A DNA stretch of 64,000 nucleotides from Nymphaea colorata (Eukaryota), in contig NC_045138.2 of assembly GCF_008831285.2 (NCBI RefSeq), forward strand, positions 35,464,001 through 35,528,000, given 5' to 3'. The notes under the pieces are model-generated. The model saw only the letters and a program-made list of their open reading frames with translations. It was not told the DNA's origin and did not search any database. Below, one piece after another: positions 10,480 to 23,234 of this stretch (position 1 is its first letter; every line of letters starts with the position of its first letter). The translations under genes and the position numbers were made by a program.

Positions 10480-11632
10480 CAACTTTTGCCCGCCCACCAG
10501 CTATAGTCCTTTGGGGCAAATGCCCCTTAGGTAACTTGATAACTTGTGACAGAAAATTATTAAGAACTAACATGAAAATTTTAGAAGGATCCACTTTTTT
10601 GTCACATACATTAACGTGATGCCTTTAGTACTTTTTATAGAGTGTAGCATGTCTCAAATAATTAAATAAAGCAACTTTTCCAATTAACATCAACATGTAA
10701 ATAATTAATGGACCCTATATACTTAGTTTTTGTGGTCAAAATAATACGGTTCGGCGTTCTAATTACAATTATTTCAAGCAAAAAGAGACGCTTCCAACGT
10801 CAGTGTGAGAAAAAAGAGTTTCATTCAACTATCCAGTAATCTCAGAATTCTAATGGCACATGGATAGAGCACTAAGTCAAAGCTGCTCACAAGATTAAGA
10901 TCACATAAATGCATTGAAAAACCAAATTCAGAACGAACTTCAGACAAACCAGAAACTATTACTTGACCATTTTACACACCTTTGTACATAGCCATCGCAC
11001 TTGGGTCGTGATAAATTAGAAAAAATAATTATGAAAAACCAGGAAGATGTACAGCAAACGTGCGTGTGCAATACAAATTTTAAAATATTGAGCATGGGTT
11101 CATAAATATGTTTAGACTTCTGAATGCTTTTTGTGGATTTTTATACAAGTAGAAGATCACATGATCGTCAGCAAGCAACAAAGGCCTGCACTGTGAGAAT
11201 GCAGTTTGAATCCACATGAATAACCACCTTGCAGAAAAATAGAACTTGCTGGTCTAATGGCATAGAAAACTATGGTCATTATTTTACTTCGAAAAAATTG
11301 CTACATGAGCTTGTGCACAAAAACCCTCCATGGCAGAACAGTCTTGCCTCAAAGAAATGGTAAAATTCCTGCACCTGCAGGCACTTCATTCAAATTAATA
11401 AGCAATTCTAAAAAAGCATCGAAGAAACATCTCTGTAAACTAAAATTGTGCTCTCGCCTTCAAGATAAAAAAAGAACAGCTGCTGCCTGAATTAGCTGCA
11501 TGTGACCTCACAACGATCAATCAGAGAAGGAACCGATAACACCTTTGAAACATTCAAGACCACAAACTAAAATAGCGCCTAACAAGAAGATTGCCCCCAT
11601 TTGCAAGCATGGCAAAATTTCCAAATTGCTGT

Positions 11633-12161
11633 CTAGATTTCCCCCACTGTCATGCCAAATCCAAACTTGTAGTCTTTCTTCCAATGATCAATCTGAAGGT
11701 CAAAAGTAAGCAGAATTACATGCAGAAATATTATAAAAGACCATTATAATGCTTATATGGTTAAGCCTCACCTCAGCTGAGAGAATAAAATTGACACCCA
11801 TGTTCAACCTCTCTTCTAGGAAGGCAGCAACGCATCCATTAGAATCAAGCTTCCCCCGTAGACGACACTGTCAAGCACTCAAGATGCAAATATCCCAATT
11901 TATTCAGAAGAAAAAGAACAAAACGAGCATTTACAGGGACATGGCCAGTTGATCGGAATCATCAACAAAATGAGAATACTCACTGCAAGGCGAAGCTTAT
12001 ACTTCGCCATAAAAAAGAAAAACAAAAAAAAAAAAAAACTGAAAATGTGCACACATGCACCCCACGTGTAGCAACTAACATTGTCAAAGCAACCAAGACA
12101 TCAAGCTTTCAGCAAAGCAAAACATCCTACAACCCACAGGCATCCACCTCCACACATTTGT

Positions 12162-12206
<45 letters not shown>

Positions 12207-15200
12207 TACCTGACGAAGCAAGTAATCATAGCCAACACTGGTGGTTACATCTCTAGTCATTTGATTGTACATGAAATCTGTAGCTAGAGAGACCTACACG
12301 GCAAATGCTATAAGGGACTTGTAAAAATAACTGATTTGTTTATGCTTAAAATAATTAAAACATGATAACCACATTACCTTTTCAGATACCTTCTGTACGT
12401 AGCTAAGGGCAACTATTCCAGTACTGGCAACTTGCCCAGTTGCAACCTGCAAAAAGCACGGTTAGTACAAAATAAAATTATTTTAGTTTGCTATTAATAC
12501 ATCAGCCACATGCATCTTCAGACAACAGGAAACCATGTGCACATAGATGCAGACAGGTTACTATAGTAAACATATCCAGTTTCCTTTATGAGCACATCAA
12601 CAAAATTATCCAAATATTTGCACATTGGGCAGCTGTAACCTGTTGTAAACATTTCCAACCTTTGATTACCTGCACTCAAAACATATTGTCTTCCCCAATC
12701 TGAAGTACTATGTTATTTGCACAGGTTTTCCTTCAAATAACAGAAACATCAAGTTCCCCTGGTGGAAAAGTCATTATACCTATTATTTTTCCACCAGGAG
12801 AGCACCAAATGAATTGCAGAAGCACATTCCTACATAGTAGGTCATATTATGAATCGGTTTTGACCTCCTAAAGGGTAACCCTCCAACGTCTCACATATAG
12901 AACAAAATATACAGCAGGAGTAATTAAAGAAAAAGCAGAAGGAAAATACTGTACCATCTTATCTGTGTTATAGCGAGCAGCAAAACCTATACCAGATTTC
13001 CTCTGCTGGCCAAGCCAAAAAACCTCTCCTCCCAAAGCCAACTTTGGTGAAACACTCTGCCAACCAAAAAAGAAGGCCTTTAAGAACAGAATTCAGGAAT
13101 ATCAACATGAACAGAAACCAGTTGTTTAACTCATAATAACAAAACTAAGAAAATCTTGATACTATATATCATGCAGAATGACAGTTTCTTTCATACTGAA
13201 ATAGCTCAGAAACAGACAGCAACCACCAGCAATGTTAAGTAGCAAGAAAAAAGCTGCTGCTGACAGTAGAATCTAGATGAGATTTTTTCCTTTTTAATGC
13301 TCAGCTGGGTTGGGGAGAACCCAAAGAGACTCCAGTCATCAAGTTCATGGTCCCTTCAACTGGAAGATCTTAAATGGACCCACCTAACTAGGTTCATGTA
13401 GTTCTTGGCAAGCCACCTGAACATTGGTGCTGGTGTATATTCCATAGGGAGTAATCCAGATCAGTTAAAGTCTCAATATTCGCATATTTTACATGCTATA
13501 TATATTATAAAATCCTGACCCCGTTTCTATCTCTATATAAATGTATATACATTTACATATAAATACACACACACACACACACACATATATGCCATTCAGT
13601 CTTGTTGGATGCCAGATGTTGTTGGATTACAAAAATTTTTAAATGTCACTGAAAAACAGTCTCTATATTTGCATTGGTGACTGTATATGGTATGGCGATG
13701 GTTTATGGTGGCTTTAGCATAATATGAGGCCCTTTTAGTGAAGAACTTTTAAATTTGTCATTTGGCTATCCTATGCTAGGCACTTAGCAAGACATCATAG
13801 AAATTGATCACAAAGAGGCCATCAACAAGCAATGGCTGTAAGGCACTGTCAGAATACACCAAGCAATGGCTGTAAGGCACTGTCAGAATACACCACTCCT
13901 CCAAGCATCTCCATTTCATTCCATACGAAACTTCAGCAGGGGAAGACTTCCTTGCAAAAAAGTCCTGCCAAGAAGCCAGTTGCCAACCAAGTGTCCTAAA
14001 TAAGGTGGCCAACCATCAACTTACTCGATGTTGAGCATTCACTCGCTTGACACCATTCTACCAAGCACGGTTTTGAACGCAGCTATGCCTCTACCAAGGG
14101 AATTTCCCCTATAACCCCTCGACCCCCATGCACAGCCTAATGTTATGCATGGGAAACCATCTGATGGGACACCCAAAAAGCAAAACACTGACAACCATGT
14201 AGTGATATGTTTTGTCTCTGCATTGTCATTGCTACAAATCTAAAGTGCATAGCTTTTTGCTCGACTCAACATCTGATTGTTATCCCACTTGCTTCTGAGC
14301 CATGCCTGGGCTAGCCGCATCCTATACCATTTGTTTGGTCGGGCCAGGCATAGTCAGTCCGCATCGCAACACTTTCCTACTGTCAAAACATGGACGTCCT
14401 CGTCGAGTGCCTACCTACATGATAAAATCCACAACTGCCCTTTGTTGCCCTCCATTACAAATGGTCCATTCTGTCAGTCTCATTAAAGCATTCATGACCC
14501 TACCTTCTCCACCAATTCTAGTTCTCTCAATTTCTGCCTCATGAGACGACATCATTGGTTGTTTTTTGCAATGTTGTAAAAGGCATATCATAATGTGTAT
14601 TGATCGGGTCGACCCATACGCATCTCGTAATGTATCGTGCGTACTGTAAACGTACTGTCAATTTATTTTTTAATTCATAAAAAATCAGAAAAATTCAGAA
14701 AAATCTTGAAAATTTAAGAAAAATATGTTCTATATTAAAACCTATTACACACATAATGAACATTCATGAATTATCGTTCGTAAGTAATGACACATCAATA
14801 AAATACTTGCCATCAAAACGTATAATCTGTAGTTGTTCACTATCAAATGAGAACTGAAATAATGTTTATGAATAAATAACATCATGATTATTATCAATCG
14901 ATATAATAATCATTATTTTCTTCATCTTCATCCTCATCCCTTCAAGCTGATCATTTCTCCCTTAAGACAATGATTTCTTGGTGATTTCTTTTTAAAACGG
15001 TGAAAACTCTCCCTCCCACAACTCTTAGAAGAGTTGAAAATGAAAGGGGACAGGAACTTTTAAAATCAATCTCAACAAAAAAGGGGCATCATACCCCTTT
15101 TGACAAACAAAGCCACGTCGTAAAATACAACATATGTCAACGATATCGTAGGTATGGCGGATACAGGTAAGATCCACATGCATTTTGTGTATCATGCCCG

Positions 15201-17219
15201 TATCTTATAGGTTCTGCCAACCAATACAATATGTATCATAAGATACAGACACTGGCTTTTTGTTATGAAAACATCCGTCTACTTGATGGTTGATGCACTT
15301 GTCATGTCCCTAGAAACCTGCATGTTTGGGTATATTGCCTCTAATCCAAACTTTGGGTCTTCCCACTTTTCTATCTTTTAGCACTTTTCCTCAGTAGAAT
15401 CTAGAATGCCTCCGACGACCACTAAGCTGCAAATTTCCAAGATGTGCAACCAAAAAAAACTCACCTCTTCGTACCAAAACATGCTCGTAAGGTCCATGTT
15501 TGTTGGCATGGCACATTTCCGTCATTGGTCCCTAATGCAGTGCTTCACAAACTTGCAACTGATAAGAGGGGAGTTGGAAAGTGTGTTCAATAGAAGTTAT
15601 GTGATTGAGTTCTAACCTTGCCATTTCGTCTCTTAGCTTTCTCAAGATGTATGCAATAATTAAACGATGGAGGCTTAGCAAGCTAGGTGTGCATTTTAGC
15701 AACTACGTGTAATATTATTGAAAGGTTTGATCTTTGGAGCTACCATTCCTCATAAACAACCTCACCAACTCATTCACTTGATCGGTCATAATGGTGAGTC
15801 AATGCATGATTTGATCGGGAAAGTTTTCATTGGGCATACATTTGATCCACAACTCATGAGACGACTCAATGGTTTCTGAGGCTTTGGCTGGGCTTTAGTA
15901 CTTTTTAATGCATTCAATAGAAAAGCAAATCGACGGTTTGCTTTGTTTTCGTGGCACACACATATATAATTATAAACCAAGTACTCAAACAACTACTCAT
16001 CCCTTCGATTTGAGGCTCTATGGCCAGCATTGGATGCCAAGAAAAAAAGGAAAATTATCTAAATTGTTCAATTGGACTTACTAAAATCGAGTTATATATC
16101 CTATTCCTTTTGACAACATGGCTATTACTTTTTTCCTTCTTTCTTTTTGTCTCATGATCTCTCTCTTCTGCTAAATCATATATATTTAATGAAAGAGAAT
16201 AAATTTGTTACGATTGTCAAAATTTGCAAAACTAATAGTTGTCAGAACCTAGTATTCTTATAGACAATATACCTTAATACAACCAATAGATGCCAAACAA
16301 ACTGAGGGCTCAATTTTGTGTTGCAGCTCCAAGTTGGGTGAAGCGGATTAATTTTTAAGAGGCTAGCAAAAGGCATGTCGAGCACATTAACTACAGATAC
16401 TGGCACAACAAAAAACAATCGACATGTTCTCTCCTTGGGCAGAAACTGCCAGACGTGCAGTTGGTGGACAGTTTATGGTGCAGCAATGGTTTAAAATGGC
16501 TATAGCAATGATTTATGATCCTTTTAGTGAAGAATTTTTAAATTCCAGTTATCTTGCAACTATCTGCCAGGAATAACTTTTTTTTCCTATATATATATAT
16601 ATATCGAATGGCTAAAAATGCAAAATTTATAGCTAACAACCAGTTGCTACATTGGCATTAGCAGCAATTTGTAGTCCTTTTAATGATGAACATCTAACAT
16701 CTGATAACACTGACCATAATATATATCATAGTCACAAATAACGTCTCGGAGTTTTAAACGGCGAGGTTTTTCTCGGGTATAATACGGCGGCTTGAAAAAA
16801 CAGTATTTTAAAAAAAAATAAAAAAAAACTAAAAAATGGAGAAAAATAAAATAAGTGAGAAAATAATGACATGAACATCAAAAGATAAGTATATTTGCCA
16901 CAAATAAAAAAATAAAAAAATAAAACTGTTTGGAATTTAGAAAATGAAAAAAAAGTGACAAAAACGTGAAAAAAACACGTTAAAACGCATTTTTTTCGTT
17001 TTTCACGTTTTTTCAAAAAAACATGTTTTTTAGAGTTTTAAAAGACATTTCATTTTCTACGTTTTTTTCAAAAATAACGCATTTTTGGTGACTGATATAT
17101 ATATATATATATATCACACCCCCCCACCATTTGTGCTTGTCAAAAACTTGGCTCGCACATACACACACACACGCAAAGATAAACATCGTTCCCTCGAAAT
17201 ACAAATAAACACACGCACA

Positions 17220-17287
<68 letters not shown>

Positions 17288-20200
17288 AGTAAGCATCGTT
17301 CCCTCGAAATACAAATAAACACACACACACATATATATATATAAAGGAAAGAGAGAACTACGGCACAAGAAATGAACCTGCTAAGCAGCCAATGATATCA
17401 AGAACCACAAAAAATGGAAAATAAAATGAACAGCCTCATAACATTTATACTGAAAATGCATGTTTATTTTACAGCCAAACTTTATCTTGGAGTAACCCTT
17501 GGTTTGATACTCATAAAAAGAAACAAGGGACCTGCAAGATTACAAGGTTCACAACTGTTTACAGCAAGATATTATGAAACAACTAAACATTGTATAAGAC
17601 ATTGTTCACACTTATCAACTTCATTTAGTGATAGTGCAAGAAATATAAGACACCTCAGTTCCCTCGTTACTGCATAGGGGGAGTGCAATTATGCAGTTCT
17701 GACTGTTCAAAACTTTAACTGCCCTAACTATTTATTCCCTCAGGTTTACAATATATTCTTTCTTTTCTATCTTTCACAATGCGTCTCTTTCCATGCCCTC
17801 ATCTAATTCACCAACATCAGCTACCATACAATGTGGCAAATACCAATGGATACTGTTATATAAAACAAACCTCCTAACGGTTTTCTTCTGTCAATAAGAA
17901 AATAAGCTAAGACGAAAACAGCCCTCTTGCAAGTTACAACTATGGTTATCCTATTTCATGCTCATCTGGCATGTTAGTTTCAACCTGTTCCAATTTCATC
18001 TGACCTAGACTAACATTATTTTATTTCATAAATAAATACTATTTGAGTCATTTGATCATGAGCATCCTGCACTAAAATCAGTGTGTGGAGACAGGAAGTT
18101 GGTTATTGCAATTGCATAAGATCACAATCAGAGCAAATTAGACTTTTAAAACAACGCTTGTAATGCATTCAACAGTCATAATATGCCAAAAAAGAATTAC
18201 CTGAATATAATTGACACCATAAAATGCATTGTTTCCAAACTGAAATTGAGTTCTAAAATCCTTACCCTGCATAGAGAAGAAAGAAATTTTTGGAGACTAA
18301 CTTCAAGAGTAATATGATCAACTTTCAAAATATGTCTGCTGCCCAAGTAACGAAAGGCTGCTGCCTCACTGTCCATGCATGAATACATACATAGACAAAC
18401 ATACAACTTGTGTCTTAGTATGTGCTTGTGTGCACAAGGGTCAAGCACAGATTAGTCTAAGCCAGGTGACTTCAGGATCAAGAGACAAAAGAAACCAATT
18501 GAATGTACAAGAGACTGCATATAATAAGACCACCATCCAGAAGTGCATATTTCCATGCGCCCAAAATTACATGTTTCCTTGGTCTATCAAGTGATTGCAG
18601 GAAGCTCTTTGTAATTACTGATCTCGAAATCAGAGAGAAAAAGGGAACTCTTGGACAAAAAAAGGAAACAATTAATGCAAGCCGGAATTTTACAGAATCA
18701 GTATACATCAAAATGTCATCCAAAACTTTTGAATGTCAAATAATTAGAGTCGGTCCTCTAATAAACTTATAAAAGTCAAGCCAATCTTCTAAAAAGGATG
18801 TTTGTGCATCACATGACTAAGCAACAAAATGAGCAGGAGGGAAAAGGTCCGGTTAAAGTTCCCAACAATGGCTTCACAGAACAAATCGGTTAAATCATGT
18901 GGATTGCAGAAGGAACAGAAACTTGTGCACTCAGCATACCAAGAGAAATGTCTTAGTCTCCAAGATAATGGTAGATTGAGCCAGTCTTTTGTGATTCCAT
19001 GTTGTTGAAACTATAGAGTATAGACATCAAATTAAGTTGGCTAAATAAAATCGTTATAAGAAGCTAAAACAAGAAAAAAGAGGTAAAACCACTTTTTTCG
19101 CTGAATGAAGCGTAATGTTTTAAGTTTATCACATTCACTGAGTTTGCTGGAAAATTAAATACAAAATACTTGCCCATCATGTAGCTCGATTTTCCTGTTT
19201 TGAGTTTATAAGCTCAGTACTACAAAAAACATATTGAACATCCACCATCTGTTTTCTCATTCCTTAGCTAGTTGAAGAGGAAAATACATCATAAGATTGC
19301 TCACGGATCATATTTTACCAAATTAACCTCATCATTTTTCCTTTTGGTGAGAGGAGCTGGCACAGCACAGCACATGATACAGGCTTACCTTGTAATCAAA
19401 GTTGAACATGCCTTGAGAGAAATGTGGTTCGCCCGTGAGCTGTACAAGGATGCATTGCAAAAGTAAATTAGTAAATCCAACACCCAGGTCCTTGTTCCAG
19501 ATTAAGTAAAATTTTCTCCTAATTAAGTCAGTTATGAAGACCAGCAAATATAAATTATGTGATCCATCAGAAGAAGCAAACACATTAGCATCCTTTTGCT
19601 CCAAGAAGATAATAATTTACCTGGGCATTGATCTTGAGAGTAAGATTATTTGTCAAATCACACTTCACTTTAGCATTTAGTCTTCCATCAGTTAATATCC
19701 TCCCAACAAGCATCAGCTGTGGCATTCCAATTCCACAAGTAAATTATAACAATTAAGTTTGTAATATACTGAAAAAAATTATGATCACCCACCTTAGGGT
19801 CGAGAAAATTAGCACCGAACTCATAATGAGCAGTAGGGACCTTGATCGTGTCTTTTGATTGAGATGGGACTTCCATGGAACCCATAAATACACTAGCCAA
19901 AAAATGCAGTCATTACAATAAAGTACATCAATATAAAGTCAAAAAACATAAAAGATAAGAACTGTAACTTTTGAAGCATTTCACAATGCATGGTTGAGAC
20001 TTGAGAGACCTGTGGCTGAGAGAGAATTTCTGATTCAGAGGTTTGGTAAAATCAAAGCGTAATCCTTCAAAAAGTTCTGGCTTCAATGACACTGCAAAGT
20101 TCAATAATAGAATATAAATTAGTGTGAACTTCCACGCATCATACTCATCATGTTTTTAAATATGACAACGTACTATAATAAATATCTGGTAGGATTTCGT

Positions 20201-21077
20201 TACGATGGATTCACATAGGATATTCAACTTAACTTCCCTATCGTATAAGTCACATGACCGCTCTCTCAAAGGTCAGAGCTAACGCTGTTTATAGAGTGAG
20301 TAATGAAGGGAGAAGGACTGGCAAAAAATATACCAGGCATTCCTCCAAATAATTTCCAAATTTTGACAAAAGAATAAGCTCAAGTAGTCAGAGTAACAAA
20401 AAAACATTTTAATAAACAAATCAACAAAAGGTGAACAAGAATACTTTACTACCCACAAATACTAGCGAAATGTTGCTTCTTGATTACGTCAGATGATCAG
20501 AGAGCAAATTGACATGTAGTCTGCACAGAAGTCAAGATTATCGTGTATGTGTACATTTTCCGACTGCACCTTTGCCCAGACGACTATTACAAGAAACTAT
20601 TGATCGTACTACGCTTTTGGGAAGCTAGTATTCTTGAACAGTTTTTTTTTTTTTTCATTAACAGAAAACATCTGAATCTCCATTTCTTTACTTATGCAGT
20701 ATAAAAGTTACTACTAATCCAACGATCATGTTTAACGACAATGTATTGGAAATACGAAAGTTCTCATCACACATGAACTCCGGATTAATCAACTGAAACA
20801 ACGGCTATCGGAAAATACGAAGCAAAATGAACCTAATGGACTGATCTAAAATCACCGACACTATCAAAAACTATATACAAGACATGCGCACAGACACGAG
20901 AAAGAGCTTACTCAGAACTTCTCTCTGGATCTCTTCGAAAGGGACGGGGCAGGGGAGATTGAGCCAGTCCACCTTCTTCTCTACCTCCTTGGAGTCCGAG
21001 GAAGGGTCTGAAGGAGGAGGTGCGAGACCGGCCGGCATCGGTTGGGGAGCGGCGGCGTGACTGATGGACGAACCCAT
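11633..21077 (-). CDS. TOM40: Mitochondrial import channel TOM40, about 323 aa, 11 exons
   Basis: Exons 21077-20912, 20091-20010, 19892-19793, 19716-19621, 19439-19389, 18266-18201, 13056-12955, 12446-12378, 12293-12210, 11867-11772, 11692-11633. Motifs [72 protein letters not shown]. Confidence 0.96.
13827..13894. repeat. Perfect 34-bp tandem duplication in TOM40 intron 6
   Basis: aagcaatggctgtaaggcactgtcagaatacacc at 13827-13860 and 13861-13894. Confidence 0.95.
14569..15254. mobile_element. Non-autonomous hAT-like DNA transposon (686 bp) in TOM40 intron 6
   Basis: Termini CAATGTTGTA...TACAGACACTG (imperfect TIR); flanking 8-mers gttttttg and gctttttg (7/8, TSD-like); related 5' end recurs at 63630. 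Confidence 0.8.
16727..17094. mobile_element. AT-rich MITE/hAT-like element, copy 1
   Basis: Termini catagtcacaaa...tttggtgactg in a (TA)n context; internal gttttaaacggcgaggtttttctcgggtataatacgg matches the sequence from 57901. Confidence 0.65.
17095..17343. repeat. Compound (TA)n/(CA)n microsatellite with a duplicated catcgttccctcgaaatacaaataaacacac unit
   Basis: Unit present at about 17183 and 17294, separated by long (CA)n and (TA)n runs. Confidence 0.9.
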
Positions 21078-23234
21078 GGCTCAATGGCGAGCAGCGGAGA
21101 GAGATGGAGACTGCTGGCTTCAACGGAAAAAAGCGATTGTCTCAGGAGCGACGGTGCTTTTGGGGAGGGATGGAGATTAGGGCTTCTCGTTTCCCCTTAA
21201 CGCGGACGAACAAAATGAGTACAGCAGGGAAAGACGAAAGAGGGAGTCGCCCAGACACCCTTCCAACGAGAGAGCAGGGGGAAGAGAGTGAGTGTGAGTG
21301 GCGCCCCGATTTAGGCGCCTCGACGAAAATCCCAGATGCCCTCCCCCTCCACCTCTGAGTGGGTTTTGGCAGGGTTTTCCTTTTATATATATATATGAAG
21401 CCTCGTGCATACTCATGAGGATGAATATAACGGACAGGTATATATGAAGCCTCGCACATGAGTATGAGTACAAGTACAGGTACCTGGTTTTCATTTTTTA
21501 ATACACGACCACTACACTAGGACATTCCAATAGATCAAAAAATTCACAAAACAAATCAAATCTGATGGTTGTATAACTCAAATTTGTTAATTTGCTTATA
21601 TGAAACTACGAACAAAAAATCAGATGGTCGTATTTCTCGCTTTTTCAAACGTACTCTTGTGAAACCATTGGTAAAAGTATTGATAAAGTTCGCCACATAC
21701 AGCCGCAGTTAAGGATTCCCTTTGTTATTTTCAAAAAACAAACAGATTGTCTTATTCATGCACAAGTAATCAAAAAAGAAAGAACAGAATGTCTTTGTTA
21801 TGTCACTTAAAATGCGTATACTAAAGTAAGATTGTGTGTCCTTTGTAGTTTTGAATGGGAGGAAAGAGTGGGAAATATTCTTTTAGACCCACTTAGCTTT
21901 CTTAGTTCGGTCATTGCTTTTCCTCTTTTCTTACTCCGTTTAAATTTTTAATAATTTACTTATTTCTCGGAGTACAGATGAAATTATTTTCGAAAAGGCT
22001 TGGCCTTTCAATTCTCAGCACGATGGTGGAAGACGCTGCTGCAGTTACGCCGACAAACATGAGCACGTTTGCATATGGGTCAAGATAAACATAAAGTTAG
22101 AGAAAGTCAAATCAAACCGAGTATCACAACGAGAACCAATTGCATGTTCAATTCTTACTCTGTTATAAAAACTTGTTAAATAAGGTCTTAGATTCAAATT
22201 CGATGTCAATCTGAATCCAATCCAGTCATGGTTTTTCCTTCCAAACCGGGATGCATCCTTCGCCTGCCGAAAGCTGGGTTCACACTGACATATATATATA
22301 TATATATATTGTAAGACGCACCTCAATCAATGTGTTCTGCATGATATGAACATTATAAGAAAGAGCTAGCTTTTTATTGTCAAGATCAACATGGAATTCC
22401 TCAAAAACAAAGAGCCAACCTCAACCAGACCTGGCATAGAGCTTAGCTCTTCACTGTGCACGTTTGGGATTTGGCACAGACCTGAACAGGTAACTGTGTC
22501 AAACTCTCGAGCCCCATTAATTTAGATTTCAAGAAAAAAAAAATCATGAGCTTGAATTTTGATGACAAAATACAATTGTATAGGAATAAGCAAGACGAAA
22601 CCTGAAAATGGCATGATCCAGGAACATTATTTTTACTGATATTGACCCATCTGTTTTCTCATTTATGATGATTGGAGAACTTAGCCAAAGGAATTGTTAT
22701 TTCAGGCATGCTGGCCTATTTTGACAACAAAACGCGTTTTACCCAGAAAAAGCCTCACATTTGACACATTAATGGCTCAACATTATCAGAGTCAACCTAG
22801 GACAGGCAGGCCAAGTTTTTCTTCCAAGAGACTGATATAAGCACTTATGAGCGAGCTCCTAAGAACGCGGTATCGCGGCCGTTTCTTCCTCTTACATGCT
22901 CTAATATTAACGATTGGTTGGCAAATGCTATACAACGAATTTGTGATCGGCGAATCTATACAAACTTCGGTAGGCAGAAAAATGATTTCTCAGAGGCTTT
23001 TAACATCCATATACCTCCACTAACGTTTTGCTCGTATTTGCTATCAGTATCCAGGTATGATCCCTTGGAACTTGGAAGAGGGGACGTACGCGTCCTGAAA
23101 GATAGGGCGGTGCCTGCACAGAGCACACAGAGGCCGTGGGACGAGGATCCACACCTCTGATATGCACAAGTTCTAGACTGAAAGCTCGTTCATTTGTCAG
23201 AAACTATACGGAATGCATAAACGAGAGAGAGAGA

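Noticed and set aside
13895..14560. Possible LINE/RNase H remnant in TOM40 intron 6
   Set aside because: Composition is suggestive but no diagnostic motif could be read; needs BLASTX.
16683..16713. Box C (ATGATGA) and box D (CTGA) as an intronic snoRNA
   Set aside because: Too short, no terminal stem or recognisable rRNA guide, and antisense to the host gene.
16732..17368. CV-, TH- and F-rich ORFs
   Set aside because: Translations of microsatellites and an AT-rich MITE.
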